A stretch of DNA of 64,000 nt from Pelagomonas calceolata (lineage: Eukaryota). The notes beneath the pieces were generated by a model. The model searched no databases. It was not told the origin of the DNA and saw only the letters and a list, made by a program, of their open reading frames with translations. Of this stretch, positions 1-10,444 are shown in pieces (within the stretch, counting starts at the first letter, position 1; each line of letters starts with the position of its first letter). Made by a program: the position numbers and the translations under genes. The DNA lies in NCBI GenBank assembly GCA_918797485.1, contig CAKKNE010000003.1, forward strand, positions 930,001 through 994,000, in the 5' to 3' direction.

Positions 1-375
1 GTCATCTAGAAAGCGCCTAGCGACCCGTGTCGGCAAGTTCGTGACGGGGCAGACGAGATTGACGTTCGAGTAGTGAATCGACCGGGGCGCTTTCGTGGGT
101 GTTTTTACCTTATCTTCATCACCCTTCGAGTAGAGCATGCGATCGCCCACATTGACATCTTCGACGATCAACCTATTGGTCGATCGCAGCACTTTCTGTA
201 CGATACCCGACTGGCCCCGGTGCCTCCCGTTCACGACCACCACTTTGTCTCCCCGCAAGATGTTCCACCGGTTGATTTGTGGCGGCTGCTTGCTCTTCTT
301 GGGCCGGGCCCAGGGGTAGCTCCGCAGGGGCTTCTGTTCGAGGAAGGAAGCGAGTCTGCTCGCGCGCGACGCCAT
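1..375 (-). CDS. MRPL24: Mitochondrial ribosomal protein uL24 (3' end runs off the window)
   Basis: Not in the ORF track. Manual translation from ATG 375 gives MASRASRLASF...RWNILRGDKVVVVNGRHRGQSGIVQKVLRSTNRLIVEDVN...RSIHYSNVNLVCPVTNLPTRV, which carries the KOW motif and the IHYSNV signature of L24. Confidence 0.9.
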   Translation of the reverse strand, partial: MASRASRLASFLEQKPLRSYPWARPKKSKQPPQINRWNILRGDKVVVVNGRHRGQSGIVQKVLRSTNRLIVEDVNVGDRMLYSKGDEDKVKTPTKAPRSIHYSNVNLVCPVTNLPTRVARRFLDD

Positions 376-553
376 CGCTGCGACTGCGTGCGGTGGCAGC
401 ACAGGCTGCAAACAGGGCTAGCGGTGCGACGCGCGCCTTTTTCGAGCGCGGGGCCGAATCTGGTCGACTGTGGCCTTTTTCTGTTTAATTTACAGAGCAA
501 TGCAGTACACAGCGGCTTCACAAATTGCCCGTCCAAAGTAGGCTTGCCGCTTG

Positions 554-574
554 CTAGTGTCTTACAGCCGCTAG
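554..574 (+). promoter_or_regulatory. CTAG-bounded intergenic motif, copy 1
   Basis: CTAGTGTCTTACAGCCGCTAG between the divergent uL24 and GBP genes. Confidence 0.6.
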
Positions 575-896
575 CTAAACGGCAACGGAGGGCTCTCCAA
601 ACGCAAAACGACGTCTCTTTTCTTAGTCCGCTGTGACCAAGACCTCCGACGCGTCGCTCGCGGGTCCCTCACATTTCGAGCAAGCTTTGCGCGGCGCCGC
701 ATCACAGCTCGACCTCCTGCTGCCGAACCAGTGCGCAGAACTGCTCGGCGCACCACATTTATTCGTGAGTCATCAGCAATTGGTCGAAACGCAGCCGCAG
801 AGAGCCGCCTGTAGAGTTGTGGAGGCACCCCAGTTGGGAGCAGCTTAAAATCCCTTGGTGCGCGCGCGCATCACGAGCACTGCGGGGGCCGAAACG

Positions 897-3449
897 ATGA
901 CGACGATGCGCGACCAGCAGAACGGCAAGACGAACAAGGCCATTCCCTTGATCCTAGAAAACGAGGGCCGCTACGAGGTGAGCGAAGAGGCCACGAAGCT
1001 CCTAGATGATTTACCGGCGCCCCTCGCCGTCGTCTCCATCGCGGGGCTGTGGCGCACGGGCAAGAGTTACTTACTGAATCAACTGAGCGGCGCCACCTGT
1101 GATAATGACAAAACCGGCTTCCAGGTCGGCGCGTCGGTAAATGCCTGTACCAAAGGTTTGTGGCTCTGGGGCGAGCCCGTGCGGCTGCCGGACGGGCTGA
1201 CGGTGCTGTTCATCGACACGGAGGGTCTGGGATCGACCTCGAGAACACAGACGGAGGACTCGCAGATCTTTTCCCTAGCTTTACTATTATCCTCATTATT
1301 CGTCTGGAACAGCCGAGGCGTCATCGACGGCAACGCCCTCGAAGATTTTGCGCTAGTAGTCAACTTAACGAAGCACATCCACGTGAGATCAGAAGCGGCG
1401 AAGAAAGCCCTCGAGGCTCATGATGCTAAAGGTGCCGAGAAGCACTTCGTGCATAGTGGCGGCGGCTTGAGCGCGGGCGCGTCGGCGGGCGCGGGGTCCG
1501 CGGGCCACGAGCTCGACGAGCTGGCGCAGCACTTTCCCGGCTTCCTCTGGGTCGTCCGCGACTTCACTTTGAAACTCGAAGACAACGGGCGGAGGATCAA
1601 CGACCGGCAGTACCTAGAAAACGCGCTAAAGCCCCAGCGGTCCTTCACGAGCGAGGCGGCGAGTCGGAATCAGATCCGGACGTTGCTCGGGTCATTTTTC
1701 AGAGAGCGCGACTGTGTGACGCTCGTGCGGCCGGCCGAGGACGAAGCTACCTTAAAAAAGTTGTCTCAAGTACCCGTCAGTTCATTACGGCCGGAGTTTC
1801 AAAGAGGATTGGCCAACCTCAAGGACAAGGTGTATGCTCAAACTAGAGCGAAGTCTGTCAATGGAAGAGCTCTCAGTGGCGCGATGCTCGCGACGCTGGC
1901 GAAAACTTATGCTGATGCGTTAAATGCCGGAGGTGTCCCTACGATCTCGACGGCCTGGGACCGCGTCCTCCAATCCCAAGCGGCGGAAGCGGTCGGTAAG
2001 TGCCTCGAGGACTACGATAAGAGTGCCTGTTCGACGCATGAGCTGCCTGATGCTTCCGTGCTGTCCGCGAAGTCGTACGATGAGGACGCCATTTCTACCA
2101 TAGTGTCGCAGTCCAAACTCCCGCTGTCGAACGATGAAGTCAGAAAAGCCCATCAGGACCGCGTGCTGAAGAGCGAAAAAAAGTATGCGAAGGCGGTCTG
2201 GGCCGACTCCTCTCAAAACCCCGAGCAGGACCAATTATCCGCTCTCGATGATGCTCTTGACTCTCGCTTGAAGCGTGTGCTGGATCTCAACCGAGCGGCG
2301 TCGCAGCAACAGTGCGATGAACTCGCTGATTCGATATCAAAACAATTTGAGTCTGATATGAGTAAATTGATCCAGACGCCTGGTCGTTCAGCAAAAGGCG
2401 CGTCCTACGGTGAAGTGGTAAGGGAGGAGACCCTGCAAGATCGAAATGCGTTCATGAAGGACCTGGACGCGAGGAAAGCGTTCCTGCGGACGTGGCGTCC
2501 TAGTGCCGAGAAAGCGTCAAAACAATATTTCAAGGAAGCGAGAGGGCCCTGTTCCGGCGACGTCTATTGTAGTATCGTGGCTCCACGATTGTTAGCTACT
2601 ATTTCTACTTGGGCGACGACCCTCGGTGTCGAGCATCGCGCCGTACAAAAATTAGCAAGAGCGGACGCGTCGAAGGCCGAGGAGCAGGCCCAGGCGGCGC
2701 GTGGGAGGTTAGCGGCGTCCAAGACCGCCGCTGTGCGCGAGCGAGACGCTTTAGATCGAGCCGCGGATGCTGCTGAGCTTGAAGGCAAAGGGGCACTTAC
2801 TGCTTTGGAACGATTAGCTGACTCTCGAAGAAGTGAACTAGCACGCCACGAAGCCGCTTCCAAGAGATTGGAGGAGGCCTATCAATATGCATCATCGTGC
2901 CTCGACGGTCAAGCGGACGCCGTGAACAGTATTGGAGAACAGGCGAAGGAGGGCCTGACGACCGTAAGAACCAAAAGTAGGGCGGCCATCGAGGACTCGG
3001 CGAATGCGGCCTCGGAGAACGACGCCGCGGAGGCCTGGGACGCCCACGACCTCGGGTTCGAGCGTGACGAGCTCGCGGAGTTCGCGCCGTTGCGCTTAGA
3101 TGCGTTGCGGGACAGGATAGCCGAGGACGAGAAGGAGTTGGAGTTGATGCACGAGCACGCCGCGTTGACCATCGAACATGCGAAAGTGAAGAAGATGCTG
3201 CTCGCGGATAAAGATCATGAGCTAAGGGAGTATGAGTACCAGTGGGGCGTGGCCAAGGCGAACGTCGCGGCCTCGGAAGGCGAATTGATGGTCGTCGAGG
3301 AGGAGGTGGCTGTTCTGCGCGGTTTAGTGTTGCAGATGCACAAGCACCTGGCCGACGCTTCACGAAGTGGTCGCTTCCCGGCGGACGTCGCGCGGGGCCT
3401 GCCGCGGGACCAGAAGGCGCTGTTGGAGCAGCTGCTGGACGGGCGCTAG
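897..3449 (+). CDS. Guanylate-binding protein / atlastin-like large GTPase with coiled-coil C-terminus
   Basis: VVSIAGLWRTGKSYLLN (G1), CTKGLWLW, DTEG (G3), WVVRDF (G4); helical C-terminal half. Confidence 0.9.
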   Translation: MTTMRDQQNGKTNKAIPLILENEGRYEVSEEATKLLDDLPAPLAVVSIAGLWRTGKSYLLNQLSGATCDNDKTGFQVGASVNACTKGLWLWGEPVRLPDGLTVLFIDTEGLGSTSRTQTEDSQIFSLALLLSSLFVWNSRGVIDGNALEDFALVVNLTKHIHVRSEAAKKALEAHDAKGAEKHFVHSGGGLSAGASAGAGSAGHELDELAQHFPGFLWVVRDFTLKLEDNGRRINDRQYLENALKPQRSFTSEAASRNQIRTLLGSFFRERDCVTLVRPAEDEATLKKLSQVPVSSLRPEFQRGLANLKDKVYAQTRAKSVNGRALSGAMLATLAKTYADALNAGGVPTISTAWDRVLQSQAAEAVGKCLEDYDKSACSTHELPDASVLSAKSYDEDAISTIVSQSKLPLSNDEVRKAHQDRVLKSEKKYAKAVWADSSQNPEQDQLSALDDALDSRLKRVLDLNRAASQQQCDELADSISKQFESDMSKLIQTPGRSAKGASYGEVVREETLQDRNAFMKDLDARKAFLRTWRPSAEKASKQYFKEARGPCSGDVYCSIVAPRLLATISTWATTLGVEHRAVQKLARADASKAEEQAQAARGRLAASKTAAVRERDALDRAADAAELEGKGALTALERLADSRRSELARHEAASKRLEEAYQYASSCLDGQADAVNSIGEQAKEGLTTVRTKSRAAIEDSANAASENDAAEAWDAHDLGFERDELAEFAPLRLDALRDRIAEDEKELELMHEHAALTIEHAKVKKMLLADKDHELREYEYQWGVAKANVAASEGELMVVEEEVAVLRGLVLQMHKHLADASRSGRFPADVARGLPRDQKALLEQLLDGR

Positions 3450-3484
3450 TTTTTTGGGGATAACTTTTCTTACACATACAGCAT

Positions 3485-3643
3485 CTGGTGGTTCTTGCGT
3501 CGCGGCGATGGCGTTCGCCCGCCACGACGCCATCGCGGCCAGTGGGTAGAGCTCCCGCCACGAGCGCCATCGCCGCGATATAAGGGTGGGGCAGAACCAC
3601 TCCCGCCGTCAACACGCCATCGCCGCGACATGGACGCACGCAC
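3485..3643 (-). other. Probable 3'-UTR intron of the ZnF-UBP gene
   Basis: GTGCGT donor 7 nt after the TGA, ...ACCACCAG acceptor, and several CGCCATCGCCGCG motifs typical of the other introns in this window. Confidence 0.4.
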
Positions 3644-3650
3644 GTCCTAC

Positions 3651-4211
3651 TCATGTCTTTGATTCGAGTATCGCCATCAGAAGCTCGCGGGCAGCCGGGA
3701 AGCGCGTATCGTCACCCCAAAGCTCCTTGTACGCCTTCACCGCGGTCGTTACCGCGTCGGTGGCTTTCAGGAAATCATTTTCTGCCGTCGGCGCGGTGCC
3801 GAGCTCGAGCACCGGCGCGCCCGGGAAACTTGGGGGCTCGCCGAACTTCGCGAGGTGTAATGACGCGTAGGGCGCGCGCAGTTTGGGGATCGCGTAGACG
3901 TCGAGGTAGCAGTCCTGCCCAAAATCCCACACCGACAGGTCGGAGAGCGAAACCGCGATGTGATGATTGCTCTCCTCTGCGTGCTTTTTCGCACAACCGT
4001 TCTTGTAGCGCGAGCAGAGGGGCGCGTGGCACTGGAGGCAGATCCAGACCTCGTCCTCGCCACAACGGGCGCAGACTGCCGACAATGCCTTGGCGCCGTC
4101 GAGCGGATCCGTGCTGATGCAGTCGAGGTGCGGCGTGCTCTTCTTGGGATACACTTGGAACCCACCGCCGTCCGAGGCCAAGGCGAGTTCTTCTTCGTAG
4201 AGAGAGGTCAT
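3651..4211 (-). CDS. UBP-type (BUZ) zinc finger protein, similar to the HDAC6 C-terminal domain
   Basis: PHL...CARC...VWICLQCHAPLCSRYKNGCAKKHAEESNHHIAVSLSDLSVW...YASLHLAKFGE; ATG at 4211. Confidence 0.8.
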   Translation of the reverse strand: MTSLYEEELALASDGGGFQVYPKKSTPHLDCISTDPLDGAKALSAVCARCGEDEVWICLQCHAPLCSRYKNGCAKKHAEESNHHIAVSLSDLSVWDFGQDCYLDVYAIPKLRAPYASLHLAKFGEPPSFPGAPVLELGTAPTAENDFLKATDAVTTAVKAYKELWGDDTRFPAARELLMAILESKT

Positions 4212-4463
4212 TGCTTCACGGAGACTTTCCTTGGAGCTGCGTCTGCTCGATGGCGTGGAGGCCGACGAGTCGTACTTCTTGTCCGCGCGGATCACAAGCA
4301 CTGCACTGCTTTCAGAGCTGTGTGTGCGCCCGAACCAGGTGCCGCGAGCAACTTTTCGTTGCAGCGCCCAATAGTTGACGACAAATAACAGTCTCGGGGC
4401 GATGCTTGATGCACCCGAAGGCCACAGCACGCCCTGAATCTCAGGAAGCTTCCGGTGAGTTAG

Positions 4464-4484
4464 CTAGCGGCAGTAAGGCACTAG
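4464..4484 (-). promoter_or_regulatory. CTAG-bounded motif, copy 2
   Basis: Reverse complement CTAGTGCCTTACTGCCGCTAG, between the divergent ZnF-UBP and MYG1 genes. Confidence 0.6.
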
Positions 4485-4673
4485 CAAGCACCAAGGCATG
4501 CTACAAAAGCTAGGAAGCCAAAGCGCTGCTCACGCAGTGCACCGGAGGTTTGCAAATTGCCGCACGACTGCTCTGGAAGCCGTCGCCGCACTGCGAGTCG
4601 CTTGAATCCACGGCTGTGCATCGCTGAGACAGCTGCACGCCATCATCGCCATCGTCGCTTCGTCGCTGCGTGC

Positions 4674-5765
4674 ATGCGACGCGTCGCCAGAGCAGCCCTG
4701 CCAGCGCTCGCAAGCGCTTTCGTTGCACCAACGGCGCAGCTAAAAAGAAAGATGAGCGCCCTCACAGTAACGATAGGCACGCACTCGGGCACCTTCCAGG
4801 CCGACGAGGCGTTAGGTGTGTGGCTCCTACGCCAGCTGCCGCAGTACGCGACCGCACCGTTAACGAGAAGCAGGGACCAATCAACGCTCGACGCCTTGAC
4901 GATTGTCATCGACGTGGGAGGTTCATATGATCACGCGAAGCTAAGATATGACCACCACCAGCGGGGCTTCTTCGAGACCATCGACGGGAAAGTTGGCGAG
5001 GCCCAGGGGCCCTCGGAAGCGACGGGGCGCTTCAAGACGAAGCTGTCGGCTTCTGGTCTCGTCTACAAGCACTACGGCCGGGACATCATCAAGGTCTTGC
5101 ATCCTAGTATTGAGCAAAATGCGTTAGAGTGGTGCTACGGCCAGCACTACAAGACCTTCATGGAGGCGCTGGATGCGATCGACAACGGCATTGAAATCGC
5201 ACCCGAGACGTTGTATAGCGACGGCTCCTCCCTACCAGCGCGCGTCCACCGTTTAAATAGACCGTGGAACGCGCCGCCCGACGTGGAACAAAATGATGAA
5301 AACGCGCGGTTCGAAGGAGCGGTCATGCTGTGCGGCATCGAGTTCGGCGACGCCCTCGCTCATACCATCACGGTCGAGTGGCCGGCGAGAGCGTTAGTAC
5401 AGAAGGCGCTGAGCGATTGTGGTCAGGTCGACGCATCGATGAAGATCATCGCCCTCGAGAGTGGCGGCTGCCCCTGGCGCACGCACTTGTACGAGCTCGA
5501 GAAAGAGGCAGGTATTGGTGATCGCACGAAGTTCGTACTGTATCCGGACGGCAAGGGCCTGTGGCGCGTCCAGGCGGTGACGGTCGAAGGGACCTTGTTC
5601 CAGAATAGACTGTCTTTGCCGGAGCCGTGGCGCGGGTTGCGAGGTTCCGACTTGGATGCGGTCGCGGGCATCGAAGGTTGTGGTTTTTGCCACGCCACGG
5701 GCTTTATTGGGGGGCACAAGACGAGGGAAGGCGCATTAGCGATGGCGCGCAAGGCTCTACTGTAA
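4674..5765 (+). CDS. MYG1: MYG1 family (UPF0160) exonuclease with an N-terminal presequence
   Basis: IGTHSGTFQADEALG, VIDVGG, YDHHQRGF, KLSASGLVYKHYG, DAIDNG, PEPWRGLR, FCHATGFIGG. Confidence 0.92.
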   Translation: MRRVARAALPALASAFVAPTAQLKRKMSALTVTIGTHSGTFQADEALGVWLLRQLPQYATAPLTRSRDQSTLDALTIVIDVGGSYDHAKLRYDHHQRGFFETIDGKVGEAQGPSEATGRFKTKLSASGLVYKHYGRDIIKVLHPSIEQNALEWCYGQHYKTFMEALDAIDNGIEIAPETLYSDGSSLPARVHRLNRPWNAPPDVEQNDENARFEGAVMLCGIEFGDALAHTITVEWPARALVQKALSDCGQVDASMKIIALESGGCPWRTHLYELEKEAGIGDRTKFVLYPDGKGLWRVQAVTVEGTLFQNRLSLPEPWRGLRGSDLDAVAGIEGCGFCHATGFIGGHKTREGALAMARKALL

Positions 5766-5781
5766 AAAAGTTAGGCACTCA

Positions 5782-6519
5782 CTAGGCGTCCTCGGCCAGG
5801 CCCGTGTAGTCGTCGTCCGAAAAGTCGTCGCCCTCGTTCATCGCCTCGTCAAAAAAGCCCTCCCGGATTTTAGCCGCACGGTACTCCTCAACCGAACCAT
5901 AAGTAGGCTGGCCGTCGTCGTACTCGTGCTTGGCCGCCTCGCCTTCGATGAGGCCGTGAATTTGTAAAACGGCGGCCATGATCTCGCAGTTGCACTGTTC
6001 GCCGCCTAATTCCGCGAGACCGCGGATGTGGTACGTGACTTTCCCTTCCTTGACCAAGAGTAGTGTCGGAATGACGACGTTGCCCTCGGGGTCGGCGAGG
6101 ATCTTATCACATAGATACGGACTCTTCTCAGCATCAAACGTACAAAATCTCGTTTCCCGATGCAAGGAAGCCATTTTAGCTAAATGACCGTTCAGCGCGA
6201 CGCAATGGTGAGAGGTAGGCCGCATGAAGTGGCAGACTAATCTTTTTGAGTTCTTCGACGCAGCGAAGAACTCCTTCGTCTCCGTGAGCTGCGTGAGATG
6301 CCCATGCCCATGGCGCGACCACTCGGCCTCCTCGAGTTTCCGTTCTTTGAGCTGCTTGACCCGCTCTTCCCGAATCTTCGCGAGGTCCTTTCCATCAAGG
6401 TTATCTAATTTGTGGATTTCCGCGTCGAGCATGTTCTCCTGCATCTCGGCGATCATGCCGACCGCCTCCAGGGCCTGGTTGCCCATCTGCTGGTTTTGTT
6501 GTCCAAAACCGAGGTCCAT
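5782..6519 (-). CDS. Phosducin-like / thioredoxin domain protein (TXNDC9/PLP3-like)
   Basis: GHGHLTQL...EFFAASKNSKRLVCHF...HRETRFCTFDAEKSPYL...IPTLLLVKEG...GLAELGG. Confidence 0.85.
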   Translation of the reverse strand: MDLGFGQQNQQMGNQALEAVGMIAEMQENMLDAEIHKLDNLDGKDLAKIREERVKQLKERKLEEAEWSRHGHGHLTQLTETKEFFAASKNSKRLVCHFMRPTSHHCVALNGHLAKMASLHRETRFCTFDAEKSPYLCDKILADPEGNVVIPTLLLVKEGKVTYHIRGLAELGGEQCNCEIMAAVLQIHGLIEGEAAKHEYDDGQPTYGSVEEYRAAKIREGFFDEAMNEGDDFSDDDYTGLAEDA

Positions 6520-6818
6520 CTTTGCGGGTTATCTGTCTAGGCGCGCGGCGGCGGCGTAAGTACTGCTAAACGCGCGGCGGCGGCGTATGGGCTGCAGCTT
6601 GCTTAGGCTGAGCAGCTATGGGGGTGCTGGTCTAGCTGCTGTCGATTCGGCCTCGATACGAGCTAGGCTGTTTTTTTGCACGCTTGCGCTAGCTTATTGC
6701 ACTGCTTGTTGCTGCGGAGGCTACGAGCGCGCGATAACGATCGCCCTGCGCAAGCAACGGGTGCTGGCTATTGCGGGGACTGCCCTAGATTTTGTAAAAC
6801 GCCGCGAACCGGTCGGAG

Positions 6819-6840
6819 CTAGCGGCCAGTAAGACACTAG
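6819..6840 (-). promoter_or_regulatory. CTAG-bounded motif, copy 3
   Basis: Reverse complement CTAGTGTCTTACTGGCCGCTAG, 300 bp upstream of the phosducin-like ATG. Confidence 0.6.
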
Positions 6841-6924
6841 CAAGTTTTACAGGCGCGGTCTGCACCCACTATTCCTAGCCAAGAGCACCTAACAACAGAA
6901 AAGAAGAGAACGCCGCACACAGCA

Positions 6925-7626
6925 CTAGCTCTTAGGCCGCCACAGCGCGTGGAGCGGGTCCCGGACCGCGAACTTCGCCCCACTCCTTCGCTCCTCGGCA
7001 TAGCCGACGGCGTGCGCGAAGCACGACAACACGCACGCCGTCGCCGCGTTCACGTTTAGGGACGCCGTGGCGGCCGCATACTGCGGGACGTAAACGAGAG
7101 CATCGCACAACTCAATCTGCGCTTGACTGAGGCCGTCGCCCTCGTTTCCTGGCAATAGGCAGGTCGGTCGCACCGGCCAGGCTTCGGGGGAGAAGCAGCT
7201 CACCGCACTATCATCAATCTCGACGCCCACGACGCGACAACCTTGGGATTTAACCCACGCTATCAACTGAGCTAATGAAGCGAAGGCCCGCATGGGCACG
7301 CGCTTGTCCGAGCCGTGGGCGCCGAAGGTTCTGAGATTTTTCCGCATGCGTCTCGCGGTTCGTTCCGCAGAGACGACAAGGACTTCTTTCGCGCCGAACG
7401 CGCCGGCTGTCCGTATTAATTGTCCAACATTATCGGAGCTCTTGATGTTGTGGATGACCACATATAATGAAGGTGCCTGTCCCGTTTCCATCACTATAGA
7501 CTCGCCGGCGGGGCCCGTGCCGCCGCGCTGCAGCAGGACGCCGTCCGCCGGGATGGAATCGTCGTCATATTCTGCTGCGGCGTCGTCGTCGCAGGGTGGC
7601 AGCGCGTCGCTCGCCCAGGTGGCCAT
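6925..7626 (-). CDS. SpoU/TrmH family RNA methyltransferase (SPOUT)
   Basis: NVGQLIRTAGAFG, GNEGDGL, VYVPQY...SLNVNAA motifs. Confidence 0.88.
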   Translation of the reverse strand: MATWASDALPPCDDDAAAEYDDDSIPADGVLLQRGGTGPAGESIVMETGQAPSLYVVIHNIKSSDNVGQLIRTAGAFGAKEVLVVSAERTARRMRKNLRTFGAHGSDKRVPMRAFASLAQLIAWVKSQGCRVVGVEIDDSAVSCFSPEAWPVRPTCLLPGNEGDGLSQAQIELCDALVYVPQYAAATASLNVNAATACVLSCFAHAVGYAEERRSGAKFAVRDPLHALWRPKS

Positions 7627-7920
7627 CGCTCGCCTTCAGCGCATGCAGTACAACAGAGCTGTGTGGCAGACTCTGCAGCGGCGTGACAAATGCCAATCAC
7701 AGCTCGTGCAGGAGCGTATTTAGCTGCGAAACGATTGCTGCAGGTTTCCTTTCTGATAGTTGTGGGCTAACGCGCGTATTTAGGCAATCAACTTGGAGGC
7801 TGCAGGCTGCATTCGCCGCTGTTTGAAGGCGACGCGCCGACAGCGCGCTAAACCCAGAGATTGTTACATCATAGAGAGCAATTGATTTCGAAGGTCGCAG
7901 AGCAACGCGGACCTTCAAGC

Positions 7921-10428
7921 ATGCCGCGTCGGCTGCTGCTCCTCACAGTTCAAACCACTGCTCTGCTCCACTCCCGAACGCCGGCGCTGCGGCGTACGAT
8001 ACGTCACGCCAGCGAAGAAGAACCTTCGCTCGCGCGGGAGCTGTCCCAGTCCGCCGTCGCCCTCGCCGCCGGCATCGACGGTCCTTTGAAGAAATACGAC
8101 CCGATCCGGAACGCGGCTTTGAAGAAGATACGCACGCGCTTCACTCCAAATGAATTGGCGGACGTCGTGAATGCCTACGCCGAGGCGGGCGTCAAGGCGC
8201 CCGATCTGTTCGAGACCGTCGCAAGCGCTCTACGGGAGCGTCTGTCGTCCTTTACTGCGGACGACGCCTGCGACGTGGCCTTCGCGTTAAGTAGAGCGAG
8301 GTGCGTCTCCGACGAGTTGTTAAATGACGTCTCTGCTCATGCGAACACGACAGCAACGTCGGCGGAGGCATTGGCGCGGCTGTGCTACGCGTTCGCGCGG
8401 AAAGGTATCAAAAGAGGTGAAGGCGCCTCAACAGCTGCGCGTAATGCGAGACAAGCCGTCATCAATGGTGGCACTCTATCACTGGATGCCTTGTCGCGGT
8501 GCTGCTGGGCTTCTGCCGCTCTCGAGGGCGAGGACGCCTCAGTACTATTTAATGAATGTACGAAGCGCGTCGCCCAACGCGCGAACGACTTCACGGGCAA
8601 GCAACTCGTGACCATCGCCTTCGCGGCCTCCAAGAAACGCACCGTCGACTCTGTACTTTTTGATGCGATAGCAGATGGCATCGCGGCCAAGACGGACGAA
8701 CTGAACCCGCAGGGGCTGTCGAACGCGGCCTTCGCCTACGCCACCGTGCGAAGAAGGGACCCCATCCTGTTTGCGGCCGTGGCGCGAGAAGCGCCTTCGA
8801 AATTGAAGAGCTTTGAACCTAGACATTCCGCGTCGCTGGCGTGGTCTTTTTCTAAAGCTGGTTTCAGGGCGCCGCAGCTGTACGACGCCCTTGCGCTGTC
8901 TTGCGCTTCTAGATTAAACGACTTCGACGCGAAGCAGATCAGTACGTTAGCGTGGGCCTACGCGCGGGCCGGCCGCTTGGACAGGGAGCCCCTACGGACA
9001 GCTCTCGTACAACAAGTCAACGAGCGGTGTATCTCACGCAGTTTCTCGGCGCAGTCTTTATCAAATATAGCGTGGTCGTTCGCGAAGCCGGAGCACAACG
9101 CGGCGCGCTGCGAGGACGTCCTTGATTCAGTAGCGGCGGCTGCTATGGAGCTTGGGCTTTCCGAGTTCACGGACCAGGGTCTGGCGAACCTGGCGTGGTC
9201 CTGCGCGCGGACGCCGCGGCGGGGCCCCGAGGCTGAACGGTTAGTTTCAAAAGTGACGCAAGCCTCATCTACGAGGTTGCACGAGTTCGGGCCCCAGGCT
9301 TGTGCCAATTTACTGTGGGCCGCGGCGACCTGCGATGCGGCCCAAGACTTGGATGTCTCTGCCGTCTCCTCATCTCTGGAAAGAAACGTCCCAAAGATGA
9401 CGGCCCAGCAGATCTCGATGGTCTGCTGGGCGGGGGCTGTCGCGGGCATCCAGCCTGATCCTCCTGCCTTAAGTGCGTTGTGGAGGACGGCGCGCTCTAG
9501 ACTAGATGAGTTCGGGCCGCGGGCGTTTTCTAACGTGGCCTGGTCGCTCGCGAAATCAACAGAGACGGATGACGAAGAGCGGAATGCTCTGTTGGACGCT
9601 TTGGCCGACGCTCTTGCGGATCGGAAACGGGTTGGGGCTCTCAGTGCACAAGCATTGGCCAATATAGCTTGGTCCTACAAGGGTCGGTACCAACCTGCCT
9701 TATATGAGTCTCTGGTCCGAGCTGGCTTGCGACGCATCCCGGACCAGGCGCCGCAAGAACTCGCCTCGACGGCCTATTCCTACGCTTCGGCCGGTGTCGA
9801 TGCTCCCTTGTTGTATGAGGCTGTGGCGCGTGCGGCAGCAAGGAAGATCGGTTCCTTTGGTTCAGTAGATTTACATATCATCGCGTGGTCTTTTTGTGTT
9901 GCTGGCGCTTTAGATGCGAGATTATTCGGCGCCATTGCCGGTGTTCTACCTTCTTATTTAGATGATCTATCCATGGAAGGCCGGGCGCAGCTCTACCAGG
10001 TCTACCTCTACCTGTCTCGAGAATTACCTGATTCGTTGCTGGTGCCCGTGCTCGGGGAGCACTCTCAACAGTTGAAGGAGGCCTTCGTTTCCCAAGATGT
10101 CGAGCCGTCGCAGACGCAAAACGAAGTTTCTCGCGTGTTGACAGGTTTAGGCTGGAATCACGACGAGGAGCACCGCACCGACGAAGGTTTGTCCTTGGAC
10201 ATGGCTAGACCATCGATGAAGGTCGCGGTCGAGTTCGACGGCCCCACCCACTACTTACTGGGCGGCGCCACTGGTTCTATACAATGCAACGGCGCGACGG
10301 CGTTCAAAAGAAGGCTTCTGAAGATACTAGGCTGGGAGGTCATCAGTATCCCCTACTTCGAGTGGAACGAGGTCCGCTCCTCCAAAGAGACGCGGGAGGC
10401 CTACCTCAAGACGAAATTAGCACTGTAA
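7921..10428 (+). CDS. RAP-domain protein with helical (OPR/FAST-like) repeats, probably organellar RNA binding
   Basis: Repeats of the form F.PQ.LSNIAWAFA; C-terminal SLDMA...VAVEFDGPTHY...KRRLLKILGWEVISIPYFEW. Confidence 0.85.
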   Translation: MPRRLLLLTVQTTALLHSRTPALRRTIRHASEEEPSLARELSQSAVALAAGIDGPLKKYDPIRNAALKKIRTRFTPNELADVVNAYAEAGVKAPDLFETVASALRERLSSFTADDACDVAFALSRARCVSDELLNDVSAHANTTATSAEALARLCYAFARKGIKRGEGASTAARNARQAVINGGTLSLDALSRCCWASAALEGEDASVLFNECTKRVAQRANDFTGKQLVTIAFAASKKRTVDSVLFDAIADGIAAKTDELNPQGLSNAAFAYATVRRRDPILFAAVAREAPSKLKSFEPRHSASLAWSFSKAGFRAPQLYDALALSCASRLNDFDAKQISTLAWAYARAGRLDREPLRTALVQQVNERCISRSFSAQSLSNIAWSFAKPEHNAARCEDVLDSVAAAAMELGLSEFTDQGLANLAWSCARTPRRGPEAERLVSKVTQASSTRLHEFGPQACANLLWAAATCDAAQDLDVSAVSSSLERNVPKMTAQQISMVCWAGAVAGIQPDPPALSALWRTARSRLDEFGPRAFSNVAWSLAKSTETDDEERNALLDALADALADRKRVGALSAQALANIAWSYKGRYQPALYESLVRAGLRRIPDQAPQELASTAYSYASAGVDAPLLYEAVARAAARKIGSFGSVDLHIIAWSFCVAGALDARLFGAIAGVLPSYLDDLSMEGRAQLYQVYLYLSRELPDSLLVPVLGEHSQQLKEAFVSQDVEPSQTQNEVSRVLTGLGWNHDEEHRTDEGLSLDMARPSMKVAVEFDGPTHYLLGGATGSIQCNGATAFKRRLLKILGWEVISIPYFEWNEVRSSKETREAYLKTKLAL

Positions 10429-10444
10429 TATATTGTTGTCATTA

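Noticed and set aside
73..636. 187-aa plus-strand ORF
   Set aside because: Antisense shadow of the uL24 gene on the minus strand.
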